From Torpedo marmorata (taxonomy: Eukaryota): 64,000 nucleotides of DNA. How positions within the stretch are numbered: position 1 is the stretch's first letter; each line of letters starts with the position of its first letter. Where the stretch lies: assembly GCA_977017645.1 (NCBI GenBank), contig OZ360246.1, positions 27,528,001 through 27,592,000 of the forward strand, read 5' to 3'. Under the pieces are notes generated by a model. The model worked only from the letters and a program-made list of their open reading frames with translations, did not search any database and was not told where the DNA came from. A program made the translations under genes and the position numbers. Positions 35,901-49,452 of the stretch are shown here, one piece after another.

Positions 35901-36275
35901 CAGTGGTTTTCAAACTGCCCCCCAAAACTCACATTCCACCTTAAGCAATCCCTATGCCATAAGTGCTCTGTGATTAGTAAGGGATTGCTTAAGGTGGTAT
36001 GTGAGTGGAAAGAAAAAGTTTGAAAACCACTGTTTTAATCGTACCTAATTGACTCGTTATGTGCACGGTTTCATAACTCCAAAGGAAATGGGCCAATGAC
36101 AATTTTTCTCAAGCAAAATATTTCAGTAACAATTGGGTCAAGAGCAGTGGTTCTCAACCTTCCCTTCCCACTCACATACCACCTTAAGCAACCCCTTACT
36201 AATCACAGAGCACTTATGGCATAGGGATTGCTTAAGGTGGAATGTGAGTTTTGGGGGGCAGTTTGAAAACCACTG
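35901..36275. mobile_element. Composite hAT (Charlie-like) MITE
   Basis: CAGTGGTTTTCAAAC termini; perfect 8-bp TSD GATTAGAG (35893-35900, 36276-36283); two ~130-bp inverted units. Confidence 0.9.
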
Positions 36276-38079
36276 GATTAGAGTAAGCAGGGTGAATGGA
36301 AGTAAATGGCAGTTCAGCCATGATCTCGTTGAATGGTACAACAGGCTCTGGATTCTAAATTGCACACTCCTCTTCTTGCACTGCTATGTGAAACCAGATT
36401 TCCTAAACCTTTCATTTTATAGTTTGGCTGTCCCTATCTCCTTTTAGGCTTGTATGGTAGACAGTTTGGACACAACAGGAACCCCCAAACACTAACAACA
36501 GAAGAGAAATTTACCTGTTTTGGTGATGTTGATTGAAGGATATATTGGGGAGAACACCTAAATATTTTTTTTTAATTGTGGCACCTACCTCAACAGGTAG
36601 GTGGGGCCTCGGTTTAATATTTCACCTGCCAGATGGCATTTGAACCAAATGCAGTACCCCTTCAGTACCTTTAACCAGGAACTAAATTTGCATTTGTAGA
36701 ACAAGTACTGTATGAGGATGGAAAAAAAACAATGTTCAGATTTGGTATCTGGAAGTAAAATTGTATTAGATGTTTAGTGCTCTTGTTAGCAGAATAATAA
36801 ACTTAATCACCAATCAAATGTTAACTCTTCAAATTTAGTTCTTCCTCTGTGTTTTATTGACATTTCCTCAACCAAATGTCAAAAGTCAGTGTAGGTAATT
36901 GTATTTTCAATATCAGTTGGTTAATAAGAATAATAATAGAAATGCAACAATTTTGCAGATCAGAATAAATCTATTATCAGGTTTGGAAACAAACTGGTTC
37001 TCAAGCAAATCTGCATTATTGATATATATTTTATATTTATTTTGATATAATATTTTTAAAAGACATATTACAAACATGAAACTCCTCGGCTCTGGGTGCT
37101 TAATAATGAAACTGAGATTTTTGATCAGAAGCAAATCAAGAGTTCACCGGATCAGCCGGAGAAGTTACCCTATGGGGCAGAACCAGCTTGATCTTATTGA
37201 ATGGCTGAGCAATGTCAAGACCTAAATGACCTACTCTTGTATCCATTTGTAATGTTCTTATCCTCTTTATTTCAAGAATACTTTATAATTAGAGAACAGC
37301 TTCAGTGAAGACTACCGTAATTGAAAAATATTTTTGAGACTCTCAGATGTTGCATTTTGCACATTAGTTAACTCAGCCTCATGGCTGTGGGGAGTACTGC
37401 TTGAAATACTGGCAAATTAATATTTTTTAGCTCTGATTTCAACCGTCCAACTCAAACTGGGCATTTTGAGGGCTTTCTCCAGAATGGTAGAATATACTTG
37501 AATCTATATTTTATGTCATGACATGTACAATGCATTATCAAAAAGCCATCTTGCTTTCAGAAGGAATACGTTTAAAAGACAGGAGATTCAGTTAAACATA
37601 ATAAACACAAAAGGTCAGATGGATCATTATCAAAGGGTAGTAGTATTTGAAATATGTGGAAAAATAAGACTGTTAAAAAGGAACAAAACAGCGTGAGCAT
37701 AGTTTTATTTCTTCTACATGCATTGATGTGATATTGAACCAAATATTTTTTAAAAATGAAAACTTTCTCGAAGGGTTGTTATTAGGTTGACAAAGTGTTC
37801 TACATACAAAGGGAAGTGATTGATTTTTGCAAAGCAGTGAGTTTATCTCTGTGTGAAAAGTTGTGCTCTGGTAAAGTCAAGTTGAGAATGTTTGAATTTT
37901 TCTTTATTTTGAAGCGTACATTAGATTTATAATGTGTAAAGGAATAATATCTAAAGATGGCATGTTTTGGCAAAATATTCTATGTGGCACGAGTTGAAAA
38001 GCTTGCATCTGAATATAGCAGAACTGCTTATTTAGCTTCTCAGCTGGTTTGAACTGGAAATATCCAGTTTGACTTGGCT

Positions 38080-38400
38080 GCTGGCCACGTCACATTAGTA
38101 ATATGAGCTTCACTTCCTCCTTTGATCGAGTCCTTGTGGTGCGGGGGAAAGGATAGAAGGGAGGACACATGTGACTGGCAGGAGTCTGCGGTTAGCCTGG
38201 GGGAAGAGGGTTTACGTTCTCAGCAGTGACTGTGAAGAGCCTGCCAGTTCGCTTGCAGATGGAGTTGCCGCCCCATTGAAGTGGAGCAGACGCGGAGGAG
38301 AGCGTCTGTGCTTTCTGGGAATGGCTTTGGAGATTAAATGCTTTTATGAGGGATTTGAAACAGCTGTGCATGTTGTACTTCAGGAAATGTTTGCAGGTTA
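38080..38400. promoter_or_regulatory. Candidate intronic enhancer / internal promoter
   Basis: Clustered CACGTCA, CACTTCCT, CTTTGAT, TGTGGT, CACATGTG within 90 bp in a non-repetitive GC-elevated patch. Confidence 0.45.
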
Positions 38401-38694
38401 ATTTGAATCTAAATTTTCTTTACATTGAGCATTATTGAGTAAAAATTGAAGTTTTGTGCACAACAATTTATACAGCTTGAGGCTGTATTGCCTCTTTTGG
38501 TGAAATTAAATGATGTAAATTGTATGTGTCCATTTCCATAGATACACTTCTGTTTATTCCATTCTTTAGCTTGTATTTCTATTACTCAGCTTCCTTTATT
38601 TTCTTCCTCATAGATAACTAATTTAGGAAAAATAGTAAGCGACTTACTGTTGGTGCTATTGTATTGAATAGCTTCTTGTGTTACACATTGTTTT

Positions 38695-39330
38695 ATCAAT
38701 TGAATTGTTTATTATCACGTGCTGGAATACAGTAAAACGTTTTGAATGCTCTCCAGACAAGTCAACTTGTACAACACATTGTGCAATGATGGCAAAAAGA
38801 TAAATAAACAACAGTGTATGAAGTAGTGTTTAAAATAAGCCAAATAGTGTAAGCTATGGAGAAAGTACCAAAACATAGTGCAGGGTATAGAGAAAAGTAC
38901 GTTAGAACCAGTGCAAGATCCATTTTAAGTGTCTCATAGCATCAGGAAACTGTCCTTGAATCTGGAGGTTCATATTTTCAAGCACATATATCTTCTGCCT
39001 GACGGAAGGGGCAAGAGATATGACGGGTTGGATGAGTCCTTTAATATGTTAACAACTTTCCTGAGACAGTGGGAGTTGTAGGGAGAGTCAATGGAGGAGA
39101 GATTGACCAGTTTACAACTCTGCATATTTTTGATGTCTTGGGCAGGAGTTCCAAAACCCAGCTGCAATGTATCTGAACAGGATACCTTCCATGGGGCATC
39201 TGTAAAAGTTGGTAAGGGAACTCAAGGACATGTCGAATTTCCTCAGACTTGGATGCTTTGAGTCTTTGATGTGATTTCTTGGTTGTAACATTGATGTGGT
39301 TGGACCAGGATAGGTTGTTGATCCAGCCCT
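38695..39330 (-). mobile_element. Rex1/Babar LINE 3' fragment
   Basis: ILKDSSNPSYLLPLPSGRRY and LTNFYRCPMEGIL motifs typical of the Rex1/Babar C-terminus. Confidence 0.7.
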
Positions 39331-39334
39331 GTCG

Positions 39335-40870
39335 ATGCCAAAGTGGACCCCAGGTAAGGGTCCTAGTTTCAAGAGTCTGGCATCAGGCTTGCAAATAATG
39401 TAGCCTGCCCATCAGAGCCAACTGAGTGTAATTATGCTGAGGTTGTTACTTGTCCTGCAGTCGATGAGGAAAGTTTTGTGTAAGATAGCATTAGAGTACA
39501 GCTCTAGCACTTTGAAGTGCCTGCTGTATGTTGTCTGGGTCTCGGAACTATACAAGAGGGTGGGGAATATTGGATTGGGAATGAGAAGTTGATCTTCAAA
39601 CACACTTTTCCTCAAATACCAAAAGGCTGGGGTAACGGCATATTGAAGGCAGCAGTAAATTTCTTCATTGTTTGCCTTTGTTGACAAATGGCTTGCAAGA
39701 TAGTAAATGTTTTCCAGGGTCTTGTCATGGATCTTTATTGGCAGGGGCAATTAGTATGAGTCAGAAAAGGATCTTTGTTTTGCGTGTTCTTGGGGAGATG
39801 ATGTACTTATTCCACCTTGGGGAGAGCTCAGACTGTTATGTGCTACAGTGAACAAATCAATAATGATATAGAGCTTGGCCTCCAAATATGTGCTTATGCA
39901 AGTCTGCATGTGGAGTCCTAACTGAGGTTGGAGTTCTAAAATGGAGGTGATGTGGATTAAAGAGTTTCCAATTCATAGTCATATAGCGTGGAAACAGGCC
40001 CTTTGGCCCAACTTGCCCATGCCGACCAAAGTGTCCCACCTGCCTGCATTTGGCCCCATATCTCTAAACCCATCTAATCCATGGATCAGTCCAAATGTCC
40101 ATTTGTCCTGCAGATTAATTTCTCTCCACCATGAAGCATGATTCAGAAATGCATAGAGAAAGATTGTGAAAAGTGTTGGGACCATAATATGGCTTTGCTT
40201 GATACCAGTCTACTGTGCTTGGGAGTGTTGAAAACACATTGTTTTGGATAGTGGCGTGCCATCATGCAGTTGACAAAATTTTCTGCATGGAATCAAATTT
40301 GAGGAGAGTACATTGTCGTCCCATCAGTTAATGAAGTCGAAGGATTTTGTGAGGTTAAATAAAGACCGTGTACGTTGTTTTGCACCTCTCCCTGCATTTT
40401 TCTTGCATATGATCAAAATTATAACCTCTCTGAGATCCATTAACATGTCTACCTCTTCCTGGATATGAAAGGTAAGTTGTGAATTTATCCCTGAAATTCC
40501 TCTTTACCAAATTTCAAACAAATCTTGTTCTTCATTGATATATGGCCTTATTGCCTTCAGTCTGGGGTGGCAGTGTGCCCATACTGAGTTGTTTGTTAAG
40601 ATTTGGAGTTAAGATCACCTTCATTGAAGACACTTGTGACAAGGAAAGAGTTCCGGTCAAGGAGTTCTACGAACTACTCCTTCCAAAAGCCACCTTCTAT
40701 CCATAATATACTTTCACCATAATTCTCGGCTGTCAGTAGAATGGGCCCCTGAGTACTTGGACAATATAATTGTGATGAATTTCTGGATCTTCTGTTCATC
40801 TAGCCTCTTCTTTAGGTCAAAGGTTTCTGAAGGATCTCTGGCTTCACGAGTACTTCATGTTTGCTATTTT
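39335..40870 (-). mobile_element. Decayed RTE-clade LINE with nested CR1-type tail (~39970-40100)
   Basis: IFPTLLYSSETQTTYSRHFKVLE and YYLASHLS motifs typical of RTE RT C-terminal region. Confidence 0.65.
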
Positions 40871-41514
40871 TTACCTATTACTGAGTTTTACAAATAAAAC
40901 TAACGCCCATGATAGATGAACTGGTTGTATCTGCAGTAATCTTCACAATATTGTCAGAGATTCTGTCTATTCTTGCTTTCTCCAACCATTGAAGTTAATT
41001 TGTTGCCATAAAATATACATCACAGAAAATGTTTATACTGTAATTATAGCTTGCAGAGGAGCTGTGCTAACTTTCTACCAAATGTTTTCTAATACCAAAT
41101 TAACCTAGATTCCACATTGATCACAGTTGCTGGACTAACCCATTAGTCCAATGTGGTTGATTGATTAATTTTCACATTCTTTTTATTTTCCTCTGTTGCA
41201 ATATTTACCTTTTGCTTTCTTTTACTTTTCTTTGTCTTGTTTTTTGCATTTTTAAAAAACTTTTATATTGTTTTTTTGTTTTGTTTTTACTTTAATATCA
41301 TAGCAATTTCTTCTTTCCTTCAATTCCAGATAAATTTTCAGAGTGTAAAATTATTCCTTTCCCGAAAGTAATAGAGAACAACAATCAGGATTGAGATAGA
41401 ATGAAAAATAAATGATATCTGACAAAGTTATGTTCATATGCACAAGAATTAAAGCTTAAGATATTCCCCAGGAAAATAGTTACCACAAAATCATAAATAT
41501 TGATATAAATTCAT

Positions 41515-41760
41515 TGAGGTTTACAACACAGATATAGGAACTTTGGTTCAATTCATCCATGCCAATCAAGTTGCCCTACCTGAGCTAGTCCCATTTGCTT
41601 GCATTGGCCCATATCCCTCTGAACTTTTCTGATCCATGTACCTGTCTAAATGTTTTTTAAACATTGCAATTGTATCTGCTTCCTCTGGCAGCTCATTCCA
41701 TGTGCCCTCCCACCTTTGTGTGGAAAAAGGTGCCCCTCAAGTCCCCTTTAAATCTGTATC
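41515..41760 (-). mobile_element. CR1 LINE 3' fragment
   Basis: Similar to 62255-62660 and the CR1 3' end pattern. Confidence 0.65.
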
Positions 41761-42477
41761 CCCCCCAATGATTTTCTCGCTATCATTTCCTCACCCACTG
41801 TAAATGAATTTTTTTGATAACCAATAAAAAAAAGTAGCTAACATAAAAATCACTTTTATCATGGTAAAACAAAATTTATCATTTGACTAAAAGTATCACT
41901 TAAAGGGCAGTCTCTTAGATTTGGAGCTGATAGATTGCCTAGGTGCTGTGATGTGGATGGAGTGTGTTTGGCGGATTCTAAGGGCAGATTGATACTGTCA
42001 ACTGTACAGATTGATTTTTAAATGAAGAACATACCATGTATTTTGCTTTATATAATGTTACTTCATTAAACATCGATCATTATACTCTTAAGTCATCTGA
42101 TTTCTACCTGTATTTTATTGACTATTAGTAAAAATTAATAAATTAGTTTACACCCATGACAAAGGCTCTAAATTTAATTACGTGGTGCAGGATGAGAGAG
42201 ATACAGGAGAGAGGTAACATTTTCCTCTGACAGTTCTTAAATAATCTGAATGTTGAATTTCGAATAAAGTAAAGACAATAAAATTGAAGAGTGAGGGAAG
42301 TCTTGTCTGTGCCGCAGATTGTTGAGGGCAATAGATATATGATTTGGGTTGATGTGAGTGAGTATGGCAGAGAGGAGAGTTGAGTAGTAAGATTGAGCAC
42401 GTTATTTTTAAGGAAATGATAGAAGTAGGTGGTGGAAAAAAAAAGGTAGAGGGCATAATGAGACATTAGAGATATTA

Positions 42478-42560
42478 GGGGTGGGATTTGAAGGACAATC
42501 AATTATTCGGGTGGGGGTTTGAAGGACAAGCACAATTATCAGGGATGGGGTTTGGAAAAG
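42478..42560. repeat. Short tandem repeat, ~3 copies of ~30 bp
   Basis: GGGTGGGATTTGAAGGACAATCAATTATTC repeated with variation. Confidence 0.7.
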
Positions 42561-43964
42561 AGCCATTTACCCACAAATCACCAATACAACTTGCAGATTG
42601 ATTCTTTAATCACACATTACCATCTTAAAAGAAAAAACACAAAAGAGGACGAACCAGAAAGTCGATTTATTTATCTATCCTTTTGATATTAATCTTTTTT
42701 CTGTCTTGTATTTGTGGTAATTTAAATGTTTACTATTGTAGTTGGTGTATGTCACATACCTGTTTAGCTGCAGCAAGCAAGAATTTTGGTGCATCTCTAC
42801 ATTGTACTTATGTACATGGCAACAAACTTGCATTGAACATTAACGGGAGACAAAAAATAGACTGGATGAAAACAGCAACATTTTTAACATTACGTACAGC
42901 ATCATGTAATTTAGGTACCGGTACTCAAATATTGAAAATCTTTCATCTCAAAAGTTTTCTGTTCAATTATTGTACACATTCATAATGAAAACTGCTGGAA
43001 CAAACTTGCTAAAATGCTGAATAATGCCCCAGGTATGCATTTTCAGTATCTTCAGTTGTAAATAAAATAGATTACTAATGTCAGTGCCAATGCAGTGCAG
43101 CATGCATATAGCAAAAACCCTCTGGATATTGGGCACCTCAAGTTAAAGCAGAAAATACTGGAGTCATCAGGAGTTCAGTCAGCAACTGAAAAGAGAAATA
43201 AAAAGTTAATATTTCAGATCAATGACCTTTGATCATAAACGGAGTTAACGTATGTTGTATCTCTTTTTCCAAAGATGCTGCCTTACGTGGTATATATTCA
43301 CAGTATATTCTAGATTTTTTAGCACAAATAAGAGCGGGGAAATGTCACAATGTGTCTGGTGTCTTTTCCCTGAATCAAGCTGTTACTTTCTCCCCTTGTG
43401 ATTTGGGGTATAGTCTGGTTGCAGATACTCTCCCAGTATAAGTGGCTGGCTTTGTTGATAGAATGGTTATGATGGTTAAGTAAACATGGTGATTAAAATA
43501 AGAGTTATTTAAAAAAAAATTAAACATAGGAATATTTTAAAAACATACTTTTAATTTATATTAATTAACTCAACAAAAATTTCAAATTATCTTTTTTCTA
43601 GAAGCCAGTTTCTCCCATTCATTTCAATGGGCCCACTGTACTTGTGCCAAGGTTAACCTGGCACAGGCTCAATGAAAAGATTTTTCGGTTTAAGAGCTGG
43701 AAAATCTGCAAATGTCAGCACTGTTGGAGCAGCACAGGCTTTTGGACTCCACTGAGAAAAAGCCTGTACTATAGTTCATGCTTGTGTGGTGGGGGTGGGG
43801 GGGGGGGGGGGAGAACATCTGTTGGCAGATATGGGTAGATCTCAGCAGTTAACCTGAGACAGAATATGTAAATTTAGATAAGGATTTTATGTCTGGTTTT
43901 CCTGTTCAGTTACATCCTACTCTCTAACCTTGCTTCACCGGAACACTATTTGATCTTGATTTAA

Positions 43965-44190
43965 CTAGCGCAATGTTGTTAGAGCGCCAGTGATCGGGAC
44001 TGGGGTTCGAATCCCGTGCTGTCTGTAAGGACTTTGTACGTTCTCCCCGTGTCTGCGTGGGTTTTTCCCGGGGGGGATCTGGTTTCCTCCCACCATTCGA
44101 AATGTACCAGGGGTTGTAGGTTAATTGGGTGTAATTGGGCTCGTGGGCCAAAATGGCCTGTCACTGTGCTGTATGTCTAAATTTTAAAAA
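43965..44190 (+). mobile_element. tRNA-derived V-SINE (HE1-like)
   Basis: B box GGTTCGAATCC, central GTACGTTCTCCCCGTGTCTGCGTGGGTTT, tail GGCCTGTCACTGTGCTGTATGTCTAAA. Confidence 0.85.
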
Positions 44191-44559
44191 TAGTTACGAT
44201 GAAGAAGCTTTTCACTTGCACACCTCCTATTGCAAATAGTCTGATTTAAGTTTCTAGTTTGCACTTTGAAAAGAAAATAAAGTATTAATTTGAGACGAAA
44301 AATGAGTATAGGAAATACAATCTCACTGTCTCAGGTGAGACATTAATCTATGTCTCGATAAAGGGACCAGACCCCAAACATTGACCATTTGTACTTATGG
44401 ATGCTGTCTAATCTGCTGAGTTCCTCCAGCAATTCTTTGTTTCCTCAAGAATCCAGGTTCTGCAGTCTTTGTAGTTCTATATTAATCCATGTCTATCCAC
44501 TCAAATTACATTTTGGAAAAAGAACACTGGAAGGTGACCAATCCATTTTATCTCTCCAC

Positions 44560-45605
44560 CAGATTTCAGATTTATTGTCAGAGTACATACGTACATGACA
44601 ACACATACAACCCTGAGATTCTTTTTCCTGCGGGCTAGGCAGAAATACCACTTATTGCTAGTGCAAATAAAAACTACACAATGGACACATGTAAACAAAT
44701 AAATGTAAACAACTGTGCAATACAGAGAGGAGGAAAAAAAACAAAGAAAAGGTGCAAAAGTAAGAGTCCTTAAATGAGTCCCTGATTGAGTTTGTTTTTG
44801 AGGAGTCTGATGGTGGAGGGGTAGCAGTAGTTCCTGAACCTGGTGGTGCGTGTCTTGTGGCACCTATATCTCTTTCTAGATGGTAGCAGCGAGAACAGAG
44901 CGTGTGCTGGGTGGTGTGGATCCGGTAGATGTTCGCAATGGTGGGAAAGGGTTTGCCTGTGATGTCATGGGCTGTGTCTACTACCTTTTGCAGGGCTTTG
45001 TGCTCAGGTGTATTAGTGTCCCCATAATAAGACCATGATGCAGCCGGTCAGCACACTTTCCACTACACATCTGTAGAAATTTGCCAGGGTTTCCGATGTC
45101 ATACCAAACCGTCACAAACTCCTAAGGAAGTAGAGGTGCTGATGTGCTTTCTTCACGATGCCATTAGTGGTTTCCATTTTCATCCGGAAACTTCACTTTG
45201 CCCGGGAGATGACTTTCCGCATGTCATACCTGCTCCTTCTGTAGTGATCTGGATCTCCAGATTTAAATGCCTGTGACCTGGCTCTCAGCAGGTTCTGGAT
45301 TTCATTGTTCATCCAGAGTATCTGGTTGGGGAAAACCCTGAATAATTTTGTGGGGTTACACTCAGCCACAGCTGTTTTGAAAAAGTCTGTGACAGCCCTG
45401 GTGTAATTATTTAGATCTTTAGCTGAGTCCTTGAACACCGCCCAATCCGCTGAATCGAGGTAGTCCTGCAGCCGTTCTTCAGCCTCCTGCGATCACCTTC
45501 TAGCTGACCTGATTTCCGGAGTCTCTCGTTTTAGGCACTGTCTGTATGAAGGCAGAAGGAGTAAAGCCAGATGATCCGACTTGCCAAAATGCAGTCTCGG
45601 GAAAG
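44560..45605 (-). mobile_element. Rex1/Babar LINE fragments
   Basis: (CTGAAAT)-type tail; FPNQILWMNNEIQNLLRARSQAFKSGD...RKVISRAK motif. Confidence 0.8.
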
Positions 45606-46261
45606 AACCAAAATCAAGATGTATATCAGTTCATTTATTAAATTGCTGAAAGTGAGAATAGCTTCACAAAAATGAGGCACTTAGTTTCTCTAAATTACAA
45701 AAGAATTTCACTTCAGAAAAACGGTAAGCTTTAAAGTGTTTATGGACTGTGAAGTATTTTATGTTGATGCAAGTTATTTTGTCCTCTATTTATCCTGTAA
45801 AGTAGATCAGAATAATGATTAAGCTTTGAATGAATCTATCAGCTTATTAATTAGATATAACCTTAAAGAGGGCATACTTCAGCATAAAATTGAAATGTGA
45901 CATTTTGTATGGTATAATATTTGTACTTTCATAAAACTTTTTTAAAAATTCTATGGTATGCTTTTATATTCCATTCTGATGCCTGCCATGCATAAAGAGT
46001 GAGCTGGAAGCTGCTTGGTCTGTGGTTGAGCTTCAAGTCATCATTTTCATAACTGATCCAGCTCATGCCCCCGGTGAACCGTTTTGTTTTTATGAATTCA
46101 AGGTCTGAATATTTGAATAGTCATGTGAGTAATGACTATAAAGAACTGGAGGGCAGCCACACATGGAGGTGGAGGTTAAAATTTTGGATACATATTCGTG
46201 TACCAGATTTTTGCATTGAGATTGTGAAGCGAGGTGGCAGTTAGGAATGAAAAAGCATCTC

Positions 46262-47390
46262 TATAAGACTTAGGAGCAGAAGTAGGCTATTCAGCCCATT
46301 GAGTCTGCCCCAGCATTTAATCATGAGCTGATCCATTTTACCACTCAGCCCCACTGACCGGCCTTCTCCCGTAACCTTTGATGCCCTGGCTACTCAAGAA
46401 CATATCAATCTCTGCCTTAAATACACCCAATAACCTAGCCTCCACAATGGCCTGTGGCAACAAATTCCACAGATCTACCAACCTCTGGCTAAAGAAATTC
46501 CTCCGCATCTCTGTTCTAAGCGGATGCCCTTCAATCCTGAAGTTGTGTCCTCTTGTCCTAGACTCTCCCACTGTGGGAAACAACCTTTCAACATCTACTC
46601 TGTCCATGCCTTTCAACATTCAAAATGTTTCAATGAGATCCCCACTCATTCTCCTAAATTCCAACGAGTACAGGCCAAGAGCTGTCAAACGCTTCTCATA
46701 TGATAACCATTTCATTCCCAGAATCATCCAAGTGAACCTCCTTTGAATCCTCTCCAACGTCAGCACATCTTTTCTTTAATGAGGAGTCCAAATCTGCTCA
46801 CAATACTCCAATTCCTTATAAAGCCTCAATATCACATCCCTGCTCTTATATTCTATTCCTCTTGAAATGAATGCCAGCATTGCATTTGCCTTCTTCACCA
46901 CTTACTCAACATCCAAGTTTACCTCAGGCTACCTTGCACGAGGACTTCCAGGTCCCTTTGCATCTGGGTATTTTTAATTTTTTCCCCATTTAAAAATAGT
47001 CTGCCTGTTTATTTTTTCTAGCATACACTTTCTGACATTGTAGTTCATTTGCCACTTCTCTGCTCATTCTCCTAATCTATCCAAGTCCTTCTGCGGCCTC
47101 CCTGTTTCCTCAACGCTACGTGCTCCTCCTCCAACCTACCTTTGTATTATCTGCAAACTTGGCCTCAAAGCTATTCATTCCATAATCCAAATCATTAACA
47201 TACAACACAAAAAGAAGCAGCCCCAACACCACTCGCAACTCGCAGCCAACCAGAATATGATCCCTGTATTCTGACTGTCTGCTTCCTGCCAATCAGCCAG
47301 TGCTCTATCCATGCTAGTATGTTTCCTGTTATACCATGGGCTCTTATCTTGTTAAGTAGCCTCGTGTGCAGCACCTTGTCAAAGGTCTTC
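46262..47390 (-). mobile_element. CR1 LINE 3' portion (RT to 3' UTR)
   Basis: FDKVLHTRLLNKIRAHGITGNILAWIEHWL and SRTRGHNFRI...RRNFFSQRLVDLWNLLP. Confidence 0.9.
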
Positions 47391-48243
47391 TTCTTGTATG
47401 TTTTTACTCGTTTCCTGCCTTTGACACAATTGCCACTCCATCTAACACTACTCATCTGTTCTCTCATTGGTTCTATTTTTATTCACAGTATTGGAGCCAG
47501 AGAATTACCTATAATGCTTTTCTTGTTCATCATCCACCTTCTTCTCCCCCGCCCCATTAGAGACATCTTTGATCTTCTGTTTCTCATTTACTATTAATAG
47601 CTCAGACAGACAAGAGGTTTTTACATGTACACCAAGGACATAGCACCATCTCTCACATTCCAATTAGAACTAGTCACTGTTTTCCAACAGTTGCATAATG
47701 GGAAGTCTTGGGTTCTCTGTATAAATTCAACTTTGTGGCCACCATTCCAATTCAAGGAAATTGACAGAATCTGAACTAATTTCACATTTTCTACTTGGAG
47801 TGAAGATTCTGTCATGGCCTTAGTTCATCTGCTTCTAAAACCCTATCCCTGCCTTGGTTACTTCTGAGCTATTTCCTTACTATTTTAACTGGCAATGACA
47901 ACTACATTGTAAAAGTACCCTGCTGACTATTAAACAATTTGGTATGTTTTGAGGTTGTAAAATGTATTAAATAAATGGAGCTTTTTTATTGCACAAGATC
48001 AGGCTCTCCAAAGCAGCAGTCACTTTTTAACTATTCACTGATCAGTTTGATCTTTGTAGATGTTTGTTTAGCTTTGTCTATACTTGAATTTTGCCCTTAA
48101 GGCTGTGCATCCATTCGGCTTGTGCTATACTGACCTCTGCTCTGACAATTCTTCCTTAAATACTTACCTTTGTGTACAAGACCCTCTGTGACTTCTCTCC
48201 TGTGGTATGTGGTTAAATACTAAATTCTGTAATTACAGTGGTC

Positions 48244-49089
48244 TGTTACAAATTCAAACCAGCAATGACAGAAGATGCAATGCAAAAGGGGTAAAATTGA
48301 AATTTATATTTATTAAAGACAATTAAACATATAATTTCACAACAATTAACCCCACTATAAATGTCTATAAACACTATTCTTATCTAAAGAGTGTGTGTGT
48401 GTAAAGCCCAGACCATTACAGTCTGTGCCCAACCCTCATGTAAAAATGGAAAACCTTCCCCAAAACCCCAAGGTCAGTCATAAAATAAAGTCAGTCCCAA
48501 AAATACAGTCCACAAAAATTCACTCTCTATGTTCAAGGTCCAAATTCAGCTCTGTGTGCTGGCAAGAAGGACTTCTTAATGAACGTTGGAGAGAGACAAT
48601 GACTGTTTAAGCTTACGAATGCTTGGCCTGCTTTTCTTCTCTGATGACTTTCCCTTTTGGTAGATTCACGAGGATTGCGACTCCAAATCAGTATACCACT
48701 GATTGAGGCGTGTACTTGGATCTCACAGCCGGTCTCGCTGATCTCACGCCTGTTCTTCACAAAAGTGGTTTTAACTCAGGATTTTGCTGAGACAGGAGGC
48801 CATGTGCTATTCTCCCAGCCTTTTCCCCTGGGATGCACAAAGCCTGGATTTTGCTATGTTCTCCAGCCTTTGAATGCTTTTTGCAGAGTTTTGCACCTGC
48901 TCTTGCAAAAGTGCAACAAAGTATCTCTCCACAGTCTGTCTCTCTCTCTGGTGTCTCTCTCTCTCTGTGAGTACAAGAAGTCCTGGGCAAGTTAACTCTT
49001 TCAGTACCAGGTCCCAGTGTGTACTCCAAAAGACTTCATCCTTCCTGCTGACCGTCTGCAGTCCAAATGGTCAGTCTAGGTCCATAACA
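48244..49089 (-). mobile_element. Solo LTR
   Basis: TGTTA...TAACA termini; 4-bp flanks GGTC/GATC; minus-strand AATAAA near 48308. Confidence 0.65.
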
Positions 49090-49147
49090 GATCCCCCCCT
49101 TACCCACGATTTCGTTTTCCGTGGTTTCAGTTACCCGCGGTCCGAAA

Positions 49148-49452
49148 CTGATCCGACTGCCCCGCTCTCTCCCCACAGCCCTGTATCAGTCCCAACTAAT
49201 CCCACTGCCCCGCGCTCTCCCCACAGCCCTGTATCAGTCCCCACACTGATCCCACTGCCCCGCCCTCCCCACAGCTCTGTGTCGGTCCCCACACTGATCC
49301 CACTGCCCCGCTCTCTCCCCACAGCCCCGTGTCGGTCCCCACACTGATCCTACTGCTCCGCTCTCTCCCCACAGCCCCGTGTCCGTCCCCACACTGATCC
49401 CACTGCCCCGCTCTCTGCCCACAGCCCCATGTCCGTCCCCACACTGATCCCT
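49148..49452. repeat. Minisatellite, ~6 copies of 48-50 bp
   Basis: CTGATCCCACTGCCCCGCTCTCTCCCCACAGCCCCGTGTCGGTCCCCACA units starting ~49148, 49196, 49246, 49294, 49344, 49394. Confidence 0.95.

Noticed and set aside
38321-38397. Alternative coding first exon MALEIKCF...EMFA
   Set aside because: Ends in phase 1, whereas intron 3 is phase 2, so it would not splice in frame to exon 4.
49148-49452. CRISPR-like periodic array
   Set aside because: Head-to-tail repeats without unique spacers in vertebrate DNA; it is a minisatellite.
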